This document shows, piece by piece, positions 22,972 to 35,119 of a stretch of DNA of 64,000 bases (position 1 is the first letter of the stretch; every line of letters begins with the position of its first letter). Position numbers and translations under genes: made by a program. Below the pieces are notes generated by a model that was not told where the DNA came from, did not search any database, and saw only the letters and a list, made by a program, of their open reading frames with translations. The stretch is from contig NC_086109.1 in the NCBI RefSeq assembly GCF_963921235.1, positions 15,936,001 through 16,000,000 of the forward strand, given 5' to 3'. The stretch is from Mobula hypostoma. Lineage: Eukaryota.

Positions 22972-25930
22972 TCAGTATCCAGTTCCTGCCTTATCCCCAT
23001 AACCTTTGATTCCGCTATCTTTAAGAGCTCTATCCATCTCTTTCTTGAAAGCATCCTAAGACTTGGCCTCCACAGCCTTCTGGGGCAGAGCATTTCATAT
23101 ATCCACCACTGGCTGGGTGAAAAAGTTTTTCCTCAACTCCGTTCTAAATGGCCTACCCCTTATTCTTAAAATGTTGCCTCTGGTTCTGGACTCACCCGTC
23201 AGCGGGAACATGTTTCCTGCCTCCAGCGTGTCCAAACCCTTAATAATCTTATATGTTTCAATAAGATCCCCTCTCAGCCTTCTAAATTCCAGTGTATACA
23301 AGCCCAGTCGCCCCAATCTTTCAACATATGACAGTCCCACCATCCTGGGAATTAACCTTGTGAACCTACGCTGCACTCCCTCAATAGCAAGAATGTCCTT
23401 CCTCAAATTTGGAGACCAAAACTGCACACAGTACTCCAGGTGTGGTCTCACCAGGGCCCTGTACAGCTGCAGAAGGACCTCTTTGCTCTTATACTCAATT
23501 CCCCTTGTTATGAAGGCCAGTGTGCCGTTAACTTTCTTCACTGCCTGCTGTACTTGCATGCTTGCTTTCAGTGACTGATGTACAAGAACACCTAGATCTC
23601 GTTGTACTTCCCCTTTTCCTAACTTGACTCCATTTAGATAATAATCTGCCTTCCTGTTCTTACCACCAAAGTGGATAACCTCACATTTATCCACATTAAA
23701 CTGCATCTGCCATACATCTGCCCACTCACCTAGCCTATCCAAGTCACCATGCATTTTCATAACATCCTTCTCACATTTCACATTGCCACCCAGCTTTGTG
23801 TCATCGGCAAATTTGCTAATGTTACTTTTAATTCCCTCATTTAAATCATTAATATATATTGTAAACAGCTGCGGTCCCAGCACTGAACCCTGCGGTACCC
23901 CACTGGTCACCGCCTGCCATTCCGAAAGAGACCCGTTAATCGCTACTCTTTGTTTTCTGTCAGCCAGCCGATTTTCAGTCCATGTCAGTACTCTGCCCCC
24001 AATACCATGTACCCTAATCTTGCCCACTAATCTCCTATATGGGACTTTATCAAAGGCTTTCTGAAAGTCCAGGTACACTACATCCACGGGCTCTCCCTTA
24101 TCCATTTTCATAGTTACCTCCTCAGAAAATTCCAGAAGATTAGTCAAGCACGATTTCGCCTTCGTAAATCCATGCTGACTTGGACCGATCCTGTTATTGC
24201 TATCCAGATGTGTCGTAATTTCATCTTTTATAATTGACTCCAGCATCTTTCCCACCACCGACGTCAGACTAACCGGTCTATAATTCCCTGTTTTCTCTCT
24301 TCCTCTCTTCTTGAAGAGAGGGACATTAGCCACCCTCCAATCCATAGAAACTGATCCTGAATCTATAGAACATTGAAAAATGATTACCAATGCATCCACG
24401 ATTTCTAAAGCCACCTCGTTAAGTACCCTGGGATGCAGACCATCAGGTCCTGGGGACTTATCAGCCTTCAGACCCAACAGTCTCTCCAGCACCATTTCCT
24501 GCCTAATATAAATTTCCTTCAGTTCATCCATTACCCTAGGTCCTTTGGCCACCATTATATCTGGGAGATTGTTTGTGTCTTCCGTAGTGAAGACAGATCC
24601 AAAGTACTTGTTCAACTCATTTGCCATTTCCTTGTTCCCCTTAATAAATTCACGCGTTTTTGTCTTCAAGGGCCCAATTTTGGTCTTAACTATTTTTTTT
24701 CCTTTTCACATACCTAAAGAAGCTTTTACTATCCTCCTTTATATTCTTGGCTAGTTTACCTTCGTACCTCATTTTTTCTCCACGTATTGCCTTTTTAGTT
24801 ACCTTCCGTTGCTCCTTAAAAGTTTCCCAATCCTCCGGCTTCCCACTTGTCTTTGCTATGTTATACTTCTTCTCTTTTATTTTTATACTGTCCATTACTT
24901 CCCTTGTCAGCCATGGCCTCCCCTTACTCCCCTTAGGATCTTTCTTCCTCTTTGGAATAAACTGATCCTGCACCTTCTGTATTATTCCCAGAAGTGCCTG
25001 CTATTGTTGTTCCACTGTCATCCCTGCTAGGGTATCTTTCCAGTCAACTTTGGCTAGCTCCTCCCTCATGGGTCCATAGTCCCCTTTGTTCAACTGTAAT
25101 ACTGACACTTCCGATTTTCCCTTCTCCCTCTCAAATTGTAGATTAAAACTTATCATATTATGGTCACTACCCCCTAATGGCTCCTTTACCTCGAGGTCCC
25201 TGATCAAATGCAGTTCATTGCACAACACTAAATCTAGAATTGCGTTCTCTCTGGTAGGCTCCAGTACAAGCTGTTCTAAGAATCCATCTCAGAGGGACTC
25301 CACAAACTCCCTTTCTTGGGGTCCAGTACTAACCTGATTCCTCCAGTCTACCTGCATGTTGAAATCCCCCATTACAACTGTAGCATTACCTTTGCGACAT
25401 GCCAATTTTAACTCTTGATTCAACTTACACCCTACATCCAGACTACTGTTTGGGGGCCTGTAGATAACTCCAATTAGAGTCTTTCTACCCTTAGAATTTC
25501 TCAGTTCTATCCATACTGACTCTACGTCTCCTGATTCTATGTCCCCCCTCGCAAGGGACTGAATATCATTCCCCACCCCCTCTGCCCATCAGTCTGTCAT
25601 TCCGATAGGACGTATACCCCTGAATATTCATTCGCAGGCCCTGTCCACTTGAAGCCATGTCTCTGTTATTCCCACAACATCATACTTACCAATTTCCAAC
25701 TGTGCCACAAGCTGATCCACTTTATTTCTTATACTCCGTGCATTCATATATAAAGCTTTTAATTCATTACTCCCCTCACCTCCCATATCAATTCCTATTT
25801 CACTTGGCCATACTGTACGATCCCTTCTTGAGCTTTCTGCTCTGTTGATTCTGTTGTCTTTCTTAACTTTTCTTATTCTCACTTTCCCTTTATCTCCATC
25901 CTTATATTTCCAGTTCGTCCCCTCCCCCAC
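22972..25930 (-). pseudogene. CR1 ORF2p (endonuclease and RT), frameshifted
   Basis: Split into five ORFs: YMNARSI/GITETW, YRPPN/GDFN, SDH, PWLT, and a 524-aa RT with FADD. Confidence 0.92.
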
Positions 25931-25933
25931 TAC

Positions 25934-26896
25934 TTAGTTTAAACACACCCGTGTTGCAGAGGCAAACCTGCCTGCCAGAATGCTGGTGCCCCGCTTATTA
26001 AGGTGCAACCCGTCCCTTTTGTACAATTCATCCTTACCCCAAAACATACCCCAATGGTCGAAGAATGTAAATCCTTGCTTCCTGCACCAGTTCCTCAGCC
26101 ACACATTCAGATCCATTATCTCCCTGTCCTTACCCACTCCAGCACGAGGAACTGGAAGCAAACCGGAGATAACCAGCCTGGAAGTCCTGCTTTTCAGCCT
26201 TCTTCCGAGTTCTCTGAAGTCACACTGTAGAATGTCTGTCCTCTTCTTCCCCACGTCATTTGTGCCGACATGCACCACCACTTCCGGAAGTTCACCTTCA
26301 CTCTTGAGGATTCCCTGCAATCGGTCTGTGACATCCTGGATCCCGGCACCAGGGAGGCAACGCACCATCCTTAAATCTCGCCTGTTGCCACAGAAACCCC
26401 TTTCTGTACCTCTCACTATGGAGTCCCCTGCTACCACGGTTCTGCCTGATGTCTGTCTCCTCGGCTTTGCTTCAGCGCCGATTGTTGGCCCGCAGACCTG
26501 ACCGCCTCTCAGGCTGGCATCATCTTCTGTCCCAACAGCTTCCACGCGGGTGAACCTGTTTTCAAGAGGCACATCCCCCAGGGTCTCCTGTATTTCAAGC
26601 ATCCTTTCCTTGCTCATCATCGCCCCCTTTCTCTCTTCCGGTATCCTCGGTATAACGACCTCATTGTAGGTCCTGTCCAGAAAACCCTCCTTTTCCCAGA
26701 TGAACCTAAGGTCATCCAGTTGCCTCTCCAGTGCTGCAACACGGTCCTTCAGAAGCTGAATCTGGACACATTTTCCACAGGTGTAGGATCCAGAGGCACT
26801 ATCAGTGTCCCTGACCTCCCACATCATGCATGCAGCACACTGAATCAGCCTAGCGGTCATCTCTTCACCACTTCTCACCCTCTCCAGCTGTGGCAT
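25934..26896 (-). CDS. CR1 ORF1p: zinc finger, coiled coil and SGNH esterase (open frame)
   Basis: CAAC..CGKC, a heptad stretch LLKDRVAALERQLDDL, and GDS, GTND, DGLH. First ATG at 26896 (alternative 26860). The track start at 26923 is TTG. Confidence 0.85.
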   Translation of the reverse strand: MPQLERVRSGEEMTARLIQCAACMMWEVRDTDSASGSYTCGKCVQIQLLKDRVAALERQLDDLRFIWEKEGFLDRTYNEVVIPRIPEERKGAMMSKERMLEIQETLGDVPLENRFTRVEAVGTEDDASLRGGQVCGPTIGAEAKPRRQTSGRTVVAGDSIVRGTERGFCGNRRDLRMVRCLPGAGIQDVTDRLQGILKSEGELPEVVVHVGTNDVGKKRTDILQCDFRELGRRLKSRTSRLVISGLLPVPRAGVGKDREIMDLNVWLRNWCRKQGFTFFDHWGMFWGKDELYKRDGLHLNKRGTSILAGRFASATRVCLN

Positions 26897-27814
26897 AGTC
26901 TCCTCTCTCAGCCTCCTCGCCAAAGACTCGCACTTTTCTCACAAGGTACTTCTCCCAACAAAGCCGCTCCCTTAGAGCAAACCTTGCTTATATTAGCTGA
27001 TAATTTGAGTTATTAGCTTCACCTGCCGCGGCTCCTCTGACCTGGAAGGTCTGTTTTCCTCGCTGCTCATGACTGGCTTTTTAAATCCACCACCCCTCCT
27101 CAGCCAATCCCCATTGACATATATGTACTTTGATATTAAACTTACTTTGAACTTTGAGACCTCAAGGTTGTAGCAAATGAATAAAACATTAAATAAACAG
27201 TATTTCTAGTGATCATATTTCCCATTCTATATGGCAACTTTAAAAATACCTGATAACATTAAGCAACTTCCTTTTCTGCAGGTTTCTTCCTATGAACTTC
27301 AAGACTATTGAAATATAATGCACAGGGTGTTCAGAAATCTGCCTCCATTTCCATATGTGTTCAGCACTTGAGTGGGTTAGGAATTTTATAAACACAAAAG
27401 ATTCTGCAGATGCTGGAGATCCAGAGCAAGACCCACCAAATGCTGGAGGAACTCACCAGGGTCAGGGAGAGGAATAAACAGTCAACATTTTGGGGTGAGA
27501 CCCTTCATCAGGACTGGAAAGAAAGAGGGGAAAAATTGTAATTAAGGAATTTTACTCCTTTATTTACATATTTTCAACTTATTAATTTCTGCTTTCACGC
27601 AACTTGGGGCACATGTCTTTGATTTACAAATCTTTTTTGGTCTAATGGACAGTATACCATTTTCAGCTTGTAGAAATACACTGCAATAAACTATTTCTTT
27701 TGCCTGTCTTTTAAGATTTGTAAAGATTGTGTAAAATGAAACTTTTTCAAGAATTCATCCCATTCAGATACCAGTGATTCCTTGCAATCCTCAAATGAAC
27801 ACCACTTCTAATAG

Positions 27815-28045
27815 CACACATCAAAGTTGCTGGTGAACGCAGCAGGCCAGGCAGCATCTCTAGGAAGAGGTATAGTCGACGTTTCGGGCCAAGACCCTTC
27901 CTCCGAAGGGTCCGAACGGTCTCGGTCCGAAACGTCGACTGTACCTCTTCCTAGAGATGCTGCCTGGCCTGCTGCGTTCACCAGCAACTTTGATGTGTGT
28001 TGCTTGAATTTCCAGCATCTGCAGAATTCCTCATGTTTGCATTAG
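27815..28045. mobile_element. Young fold-back Penelope-like terminus
   Basis: ~85-bp near-perfect inverted arms (27815-27900 and 27914-27998). TSD cacttctaatag / cacttctaacag (27803-27814 and 28046-28057). Confidence 0.85.
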
Positions 28046-28356
28046 CACTTCTAACAGTCTCCCTTATGCTCCTTCCCTTTCTACTCTGAGCCCTTCAGAA
28101 CAGGATCTAATGTGCACTCACCGTGCACAAGGAGGAGGTATTTGGGATTTGATGCAATGTCATTCAGCATCTAAGTGTCCATATCTTCTCTGTGGTCACT
28201 AAAGTACGCCATCTATAAACATGTAAACTTGTATATAAACTTATCTGAGAATCTGCACAATATTTGAACCAAGTCAAAGAACATGTATTCATTCATATGA
28301 AGAAATCTACAGAAAACAATGTCGCTTTGGAACGGGTCAAATATTACTAGGTGTTC

Positions 28357-28805
28357 TTTTGGGGTCATTTATTATATCTGGCAGTGCTCCCGATGCAATC
28401 TCCTCCACATTGGTGAGACCTGACAGAGATTGGGAGATTGCTTTGTCGAGCACCTTCACTCTGTTTGTTGAAGAGACAGGATCTCTCAATTCAACTTCTC
28501 ATTCCCATTCTGACATGTCTGCCCATGCCTCCCTCTACCGCCTTAATGAAGCCATCTGGATAGCTCCAACCTGATAGCATGAACATTGATTCTTTAACTT
28601 CCAGTAATTTCTCTTTCTTTCTCCTTACACTCTCTTCTCCCTTACCTTCTTATTCTGGCCCCTACTCCCTTCATTTCCAGTCCTGATGAAGGGTCTCCAT
28701 CTGAAACATCAGCTGTTTATTCTCCTCCATAGATGCTGCCTGACTTGCTGAGTTCCTTTGGCTTTTTGTATGTTTTGCTTTAGACTTCCAGTACTTTCCA
28801 CTTCT
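28357..28805 (+). mobile_element. Penelope-like 3' fragment (GIY-YIG relic and terminus)
   Basis: GVIYYI..C..C.LLHIGET motif, then a pyrimidine tract, a decayed hammerhead (ctgatga..gaaac at ~28678-28716) and the terminal repeat. Confidence 0.75.
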
Positions 28806-29959
28806 GTAGGCATTGGAAAGTATGACAGAATTTCCTCATAAAAGCAATCATGAGTAAGCTGTTGTAATGTTCTTGGATTAATTATTTCAAACTGCCATTG
28901 TAAGTCAAGAAAGAAATAGAAAGTTAGAGAACAAATGAACTCCACAGCTCTTCTCTTAATCTTGGGACGTTCTTATTTTCTTAAAGATCTTGCAAATGTC
29001 ATGTTGGAAAAGCAGCAGCCAAGCCAATTTGTACACAGAAACCTTCCACAGAGAGCAAAATTATATAAATCCTGAAACTGAAATTATCCTTTTGTCACAG
29101 GTCCCAATAATGAGTTGATTTTCATCATGTTGAGATTTTTGTCACTTTTAAAATACTATTCCCCAAGTTTTCCTTTTTTAATGGGTTGATGCATTTATGC
29201 AATTATTAGAAAAAGATGTATGAACAGAGAGAACAAGGACTTAACAACATTAATCTACTTTAATTTAAAGGTCAAGTTGTTACAATTCTTTAAAAATATC
29301 TACCCATAATAAATGCATTATAGTCAAGGTATAAGTTACAACAGAAAGATTTGCTAAAACTTAATAATTAGCTGGAGCACTTGTGGGCTTTTTAGAAGTG
29401 TGAATTGTGAGTTGAGGTGTGGGAGCAGTATGGGTCTATGTATGTGATGGATGTCCTGGAATAACAATGCATAGCCGAGAATATGCTCCCTTGACATGCA
29501 ACTCTCTCTCTCTCGAGAGAGAGAAAGGCTAACAATCATGGCGGACACTTGGAGACATGTGCAATAATTCTCTGTCATCCCAGGAAACCATCTTTAGCCT
29601 TACATGTTCTTCGTTAGATTGTCAGTGATCTATCATTGCAAATAGTTGGGTGTAACTTTGGTTTTCTGGCTTTCCTGGAACTGGCCGGTGAAATTAATGC
29701 AACCGAAGGGGCTGAGGGCATGGCAGGGAAAGAGGCCGACATTTTTAATGCCGTCAGCTTCTTCCTTACCCTTTACATTCACAATACTCATGCTTACAGG
29801 TGTTTGGAGTTTTGGCTACACGTGGGATATTTGGAGTTTTGATCTGTGCATGAGTGCCTCATGTACAGAGAGAGAGTGAGCTCCCTTAACATGATACAGT
29901 TTGTCAGGTGTCACGTCACGTGATGGGAGACACTTGGAACTTTCTGCAGTAATCATAAA

Positions 29960-30480
29960 AATGAGAAAACCTGCTGATGCAACACACACGAAACACTGGA
30001 GGAACTCTGCAGGTCAGGCAGTGTCTACAGAAATGAAACCAAAGGAAAAATTGTTGAGGGTGAAGACCAGTTCTGCTTCTTTCTTAATAAAAGAATCTAA
30101 GAGCTCTTTGTTTCTTTCTCAGTAGAAGAACCAACGAGCATCCCTTCACCACCACCCTTCTCTGTCTGGCAGAACTGGTCTCTTACTGCTTTTCACCTGC
30201 CTATCACATGCCCCTGGGTCCCCTCCTCCTTCCCTTTCACCTATGGTCCACTCTCCTCTCCTAGCCAATTCCTTCTTCTCCAGCCCTTTACCTTTCCCAC
30301 CCACCTGGCTTCACCCGTCATACTCCAGCTATCTTCTTTCCCCTCCCCGCCCCCGCCTTTATTCTGGGATCTTCCCCCTTCCTTTCCAGTCCTGAAGAAG
30401 GGCCTCAGCCTGAAACTTCGACTACTTATTCACTTCCATGTTGACTAACCTGCTGAGTTCTTCCAGCATATTGTGTGTGA
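29960..30480. mobile_element. Penelope-like terminus with inverted 5' piece
   Basis: Minus-strand terminus at 29960-30070. Plus-strand pyrimidine tract and agtcctgaagaagggcctcagcctgaaacttcgact at ~30388-30423. Confidence 0.65.
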
Positions 30481-31548
30481 GTTTCTGCAGTAATTGTCTG
30501 TGACATGGCCCCACCAGTAGGAGGTTAAAGGTCACCACTTTCAACATAGTTGAATCTTCCTAGACCTAAGGTAGAGACACTCATAAGATCACACTGTCCC
30601 ATCAATTCAAAGTACATTTATTGGCAAAGTATCTATACGTTATCATTGAGTTCCATTTTTTGCAGGCGTTTATAGGAAGTTGAAGGAATAAAACAGAAAT
30701 GAAAACAAAAGAGAAGTTTACATTTGAATAGGGACCTACAGCAAAGCAGTACCCTAAAAGCCGAGGTCCATCACTGAGGACCGTCATCACCCAGGGCATG
30801 CCCCCTTCTCGCTGCTGTCATCAGGAAGGAGGTACAGAAACCTAAAGGTAACACTCAGCCATTCAGGATCAGCTTCTTCTCCTCTGCCATTCGATTTCTG
30901 AATAGACTTTTTCTCTTTTTTTTAGCATTACTTATTTAATTTAACTATTTAATATACATATACTTACCATAATTCACAGGGTTTTGTCCTCATTATTATT
31001 ATCATGTATTGTACAGCTACTGCAAAGCTAACAAATTTGATAATATATGCTGGTGATATTAAACCAGATTCTGGTTCCCAATTACCTTTATTGCTGAAAT
31101 GTTTCCTATAGCTTCCCAAAATATTTTTTTTGACACTGTAATCCAAAAGCTTTTAGCTACTCTGTGCAAACATTCCTTTCCCTTATATTTTTAATCTTAA
31201 TTACTGTCACTGTTTGCTAGTGGCTGACTTGGTAACCAGGCATAATTATTCTGAGTTTTCCTTTTACCGTATTCATACTCAGAGCATAATTTAGAACTAA
31301 GTGGATTGTGGCTGCTCCTGAATTGAGACCAATTGAAGATATTTAACTACAACTGCTTGAGGTAAACTTAACAATACTCATCCCTCTAAAACGATGGCTA
31401 AAATATTCATTACTGAATTAATGTTAAATGCGATTAGGTCAATGGCTAAATACAAAACTGTGACCATTATTTTCTTTTAATATTCATTCCGACGCTCCCC
31501 CGCCCCCAGCAATGTCCATAAACTTTGAAATACTAGCAGCTTGTTAGA

Positions 31549-32080
31549 TACACTCAGTGGCTAATTTATTAGGTACACCTGTACACCTGCTCATTAATGT
31601 AAATATCTAATCAGCCAATCATATGGCAGCAAATCAATGCATAGAAACATCCAGACAAGGTCAAGTGGTTCATTTGCTGTTCAGACCAAACATCAGAATG
31701 GAGAAAGAAATTTGATCTCAGTGATTGACTGCAGAATGTTTGTTGGTGCCAGATGGGGTGGCTTGAGTACATCAGAAACTGCAGATCTGCTGGGATTTTC
31801 ACACATCAGTTTTCAGAGTTTATAGAGAATGGTGCGAGAAAACAAAAATAAAATCCAGTAAGCAGCTGTTCTGTGGGTGAAAATGTCTTGTTAATGAGAG
31901 GGATCAGAGGAGAATGGCCAGACTGGTTCAAGGTGGTGGGAAGGTGACAGTAACTCAAATAACCATGTGTTACAACAGTAGGAGAGCATTTCTGAATGTA
32001 TTATATATTGAAACTTGAAGTAGATGGGCTATAGCAACAGAAGAACATGAGGAAACAATTTATTAAGTATGGGAGGTACC
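31549..32080 (+). mobile_element. Tc1/mariner non-autonomous relic
   Basis: Starts TA-cactcagtggctaatttattaggtaca. HTH fragment MFVGARWGGLSTSETADLLGFS. The right end is truncated by a CR1. Confidence 0.8.
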
Positions 32081-32160
32081 CAAGAACAAGGGGTGACCTA
32101 ATCGAAACCAATCAAATGTTGTAAGGCTTCAATAGAGTGGATGTGGGGATGACTTTTCCT

Positions 32161-32978
32161 TTTCTTTTTAAAATCTATTTTATTGATTATTATTAAGATC
32201 AACAAAAAAGTACATTAAAGTAATCAAGTCAACATGTCAATATGTACAATGAGGAATTAAATTACCAAATAACTGATTAACAATGCTAAACAATATATCA
32301 ATAATAATAAGAAAAAATAAAGTGTTAAGAATTTTTTTTGGAAAAAAGAAAGAAGGAAAAAAAGAACCCCTACTAACCAAAACAAAAAAAAAACGAGAAG
32401 AGAAAAAAAAACATTGGGAGTATGACCCCAGAGCTATACGTCATATAAGCTTCCATAAAAGAAAAACAACAATCCACAAACTCAAATCCATCTAAACAAG
32501 AATCAGAAGGAGACCATCTTAATTAACTCAAATCAGATGATAGTAGTGGGAAAAAGAACCCCACCTTTTCTCAAAGTCAAATCGAGGATCAAAAGTCCGA
32601 CTTCTGATTTTCTCCAAACTAAGACCTGAGAGAACCATTGCATCAAAGTGGGAGCAGAGACATCTTCCCATTTCAATAAAATAGCCCTTCTGGCCAATAA
32701 TGTAACAAATGTGATTACATATTGGTCTGCTATAGAAATACCATGACTATATTAGGGGATTATACCAAACAAAACAGTCAATTTATTAGGTTGTAAATTA
32801 ATTTTTAAAGCTTTAGAAATTGTAGAGAAAATAGATTTCCAAAACTGTTTCAATACAGAACACGACCAAAACATATGTGTCAATATTGCCATCTCGGTTT
32901 TACATCTATCACATTGACCATCAACATTAGGAAACATTTCAGACAGTCTCTCCTTTGTCAAATAGTAATGATGTACAA
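32161..32978 (-). mobile_element. 5'-truncated L1-clade copy with perfect 13-bp TSD
   Basis: CCHC knuckle CDRCKTEMAILTHMFWSC, related to but distinct from the full-length L1. AATAAA and A-rich tail. TSD gatgacttttcct (32148-32160 and 32979-32991). Lies inside a CR1 3' fragment (~32085-33240). Confidence 0.9.
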
Positions 32979-33269
32979 GATGACTTTTCCTATGCTGGGA
33001 GAATCTTAGACCAGATGACCAGTGGAACAGAGAGGCATCCTTTTAGAATGGGGTGATGAATCTATGGAATTCTTTAGGTATATTTAAGACAGAGGTTGAT
33101 AGATTCTTGATTAGTCAGGGCATGAAGGGATATGGGGAGAAAGCAGAAAATTAAGGCTCAGAGGGAAAAAGAATCAGCCGTGATAAAATGGCAGAGCCAA
33201 TTCGATTGGCCAAATGGCCTAATTCTGCTTCTATATCTTGTTATAGAATTAATTATTAATTCAATTATC

Positions 33270-34325
33270 AAGGAATTGAGAGATGGGGACAAAGTGAATG
33301 TTATGTTGAAGTTGTAGAAGGCACTGGGGAGGACTAACTTGGACTATTGTGTGCAGTTCTGGTCACTTACCTACAGAAACAAATCAAAAAGATTGAAAGA
33401 GTGCAGAGAAACTTTACAAGGAAGATGCTGGTACTTTTGGACCTCAGTTATAGGGAAAAAATAATACTTCATTCCCTGGAGCGTATGTGACATGTTGTAA
33501 GGCTTCACTGCTAATGCAATGGCCTCTCTGTAATGTTTCACTGCTAAGGTAATGGATTCTCTGTAGCAGCAATGTTTGGGTTATGGCTATAGACAATGGG
33601 AGCTTTGGAATGTACGCTAGCCAATGAGCGGGATGCTGTTTTTTCTTGTGGGTCTGGGAGTAGGGATTTTGCAGTCTTTTGCTGAGGAGAGAAGATGTGA
33701 ATGGGGAGAGTTGGTAGATTGCCAGATGGAGTGGACTTGGAGCAAGGGTCAGCTACGCCCAGAGGAGATCAACAGGGAGCAAATGAACGGAACCATGAGC
33801 TCCAACATTGCGCATTAGCCTGTTTCATGAGAATGGGCCCTTTTCTTTGTTTCTTTACTAACCATATAGTTAAATTAAGAATGATAAAGCTCAATGTTTA
33901 ATCACATATTGTGTACTGTTCGTTACTTCGTGGTACTGATTTGTAACAGGGGACATATCGCACAGCATTCACCCCTTAAGATTTCTTAAGTTTGGTCGGG
34001 CCAAGGGTTGTCTTCTCCTAGATTAAGCCGCTAGCCGAACCGAGAGTTACACGTAGAAGGAAGAGGGGAGATTTGATAGAGGTTATTATAATTATGAGGG
34101 GTGCATATAGGGTAAATACAAGCAGGTTATTTCCACTGAATTTGAGTGAGACTAGAACTAGAGGTTATGGATTAAGTGTAAAAGGTGCAAAGTATAAGGG
34201 GAACATGATGAGCAGCTTCTTAACTCACAGGATGGTGAGAATGTAGAACAAGCTGCCAGCGGATGTGTTGGACGCAGGTTTGATTTCAAACTTTAAGATA
34301 AATTTGGATAGGTACATGGATGGGG
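33270..34325 (+). mobile_element. CR1 3' fragment split by a solo LTR
   Basis: YCVQFWS, IERVQR and RGDLIEV motifs are collinear across the LTR. Confidence 0.8.
33486..34051. mobile_element. Solo LTR (566 bp, probably Gypsy)
   Basis: Termini tgtgac..gttaca. 4-bp TSD cgta (33482-33485 and 34052-34055). Removing it restores the CR1 sequence ctggagcgtagaagg. Confidence 0.85.
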
Positions 34326-35119
34326 ATCCAATAATAATAATTGTCCACAAGAAGACATTAAATTTCGTACAAATTTAGAGCGAGAGGGGTGCAGTCTACA
34401 CATTTCACGCACCACAGTTCCTGAAGAGATATTGGATTGTCCAATAAAAAGTAGCTGCTTTTAAGTGGAGTGGCCATCATGGGAGTGGCCAATGTGTGAG
34501 TGGGCCTGTGTTTAGTGCTGGAGCTTTAGGCTTTGGCTCATCGAGGCTTCATCAAGGAGAGGCATAGGCCAAAGGTAGTTTTTTTTTGTTATTTATTCTT
34601 TCTTTCTTTCTTATTGCATATTTAGAGCAGTGGGATGCCAGGCAGGGTTGTGGAATGTTCCTCTTGTGGGATGTGGAATAGCAGAGAGACCTTCAGTGTT
34701 CCTGACTACTATGCCTGCAAGAAGTGCATCCAGCTGCAGCTTCTAACAGATGGCGTCAAGGACTTGGTGTTGGAACGAGATGAACTCCAGATCATTCGGC
34801 AGGCTGAAGAGTTGGTAGACAGGGTACATAGGAAGACATTTACACCCAAGGTGCAAGATACAGACAAATGGGTGACCTGAGGCTGTGCCCTCAACAGCAG
34901 GTATACCACTTAGAATAGTTTGGAACAGAAAGGACATTCTGTGGACAAGAACAAGATTCCCGAAGAGACTTCCGGTAGCGCTCATGGAGTGAAGTCGCGT
35001 TCTTGACTCGCTCCATTACCTCTGAGTTTTTTCTCTCTATGGTCAGCTATACTTTAATTAACTATTAAGGCATCAATTTTTACAATACTTTGAATTAAAC
35101 TGAATTCTCTGACAATTGG

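Larger units (their letters stand above)
22889..27113 (-). mobile_element. Full-length CR1 LINE (~4.2 kb)
   Basis: 5' UTR, ORF1, ORF2 and an (ATTGTC)-type tail. Flanking ttgaca duplication (22883-22888 and 27114-27119). The host repeat resumes at 27114. Confidence 0.93.
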
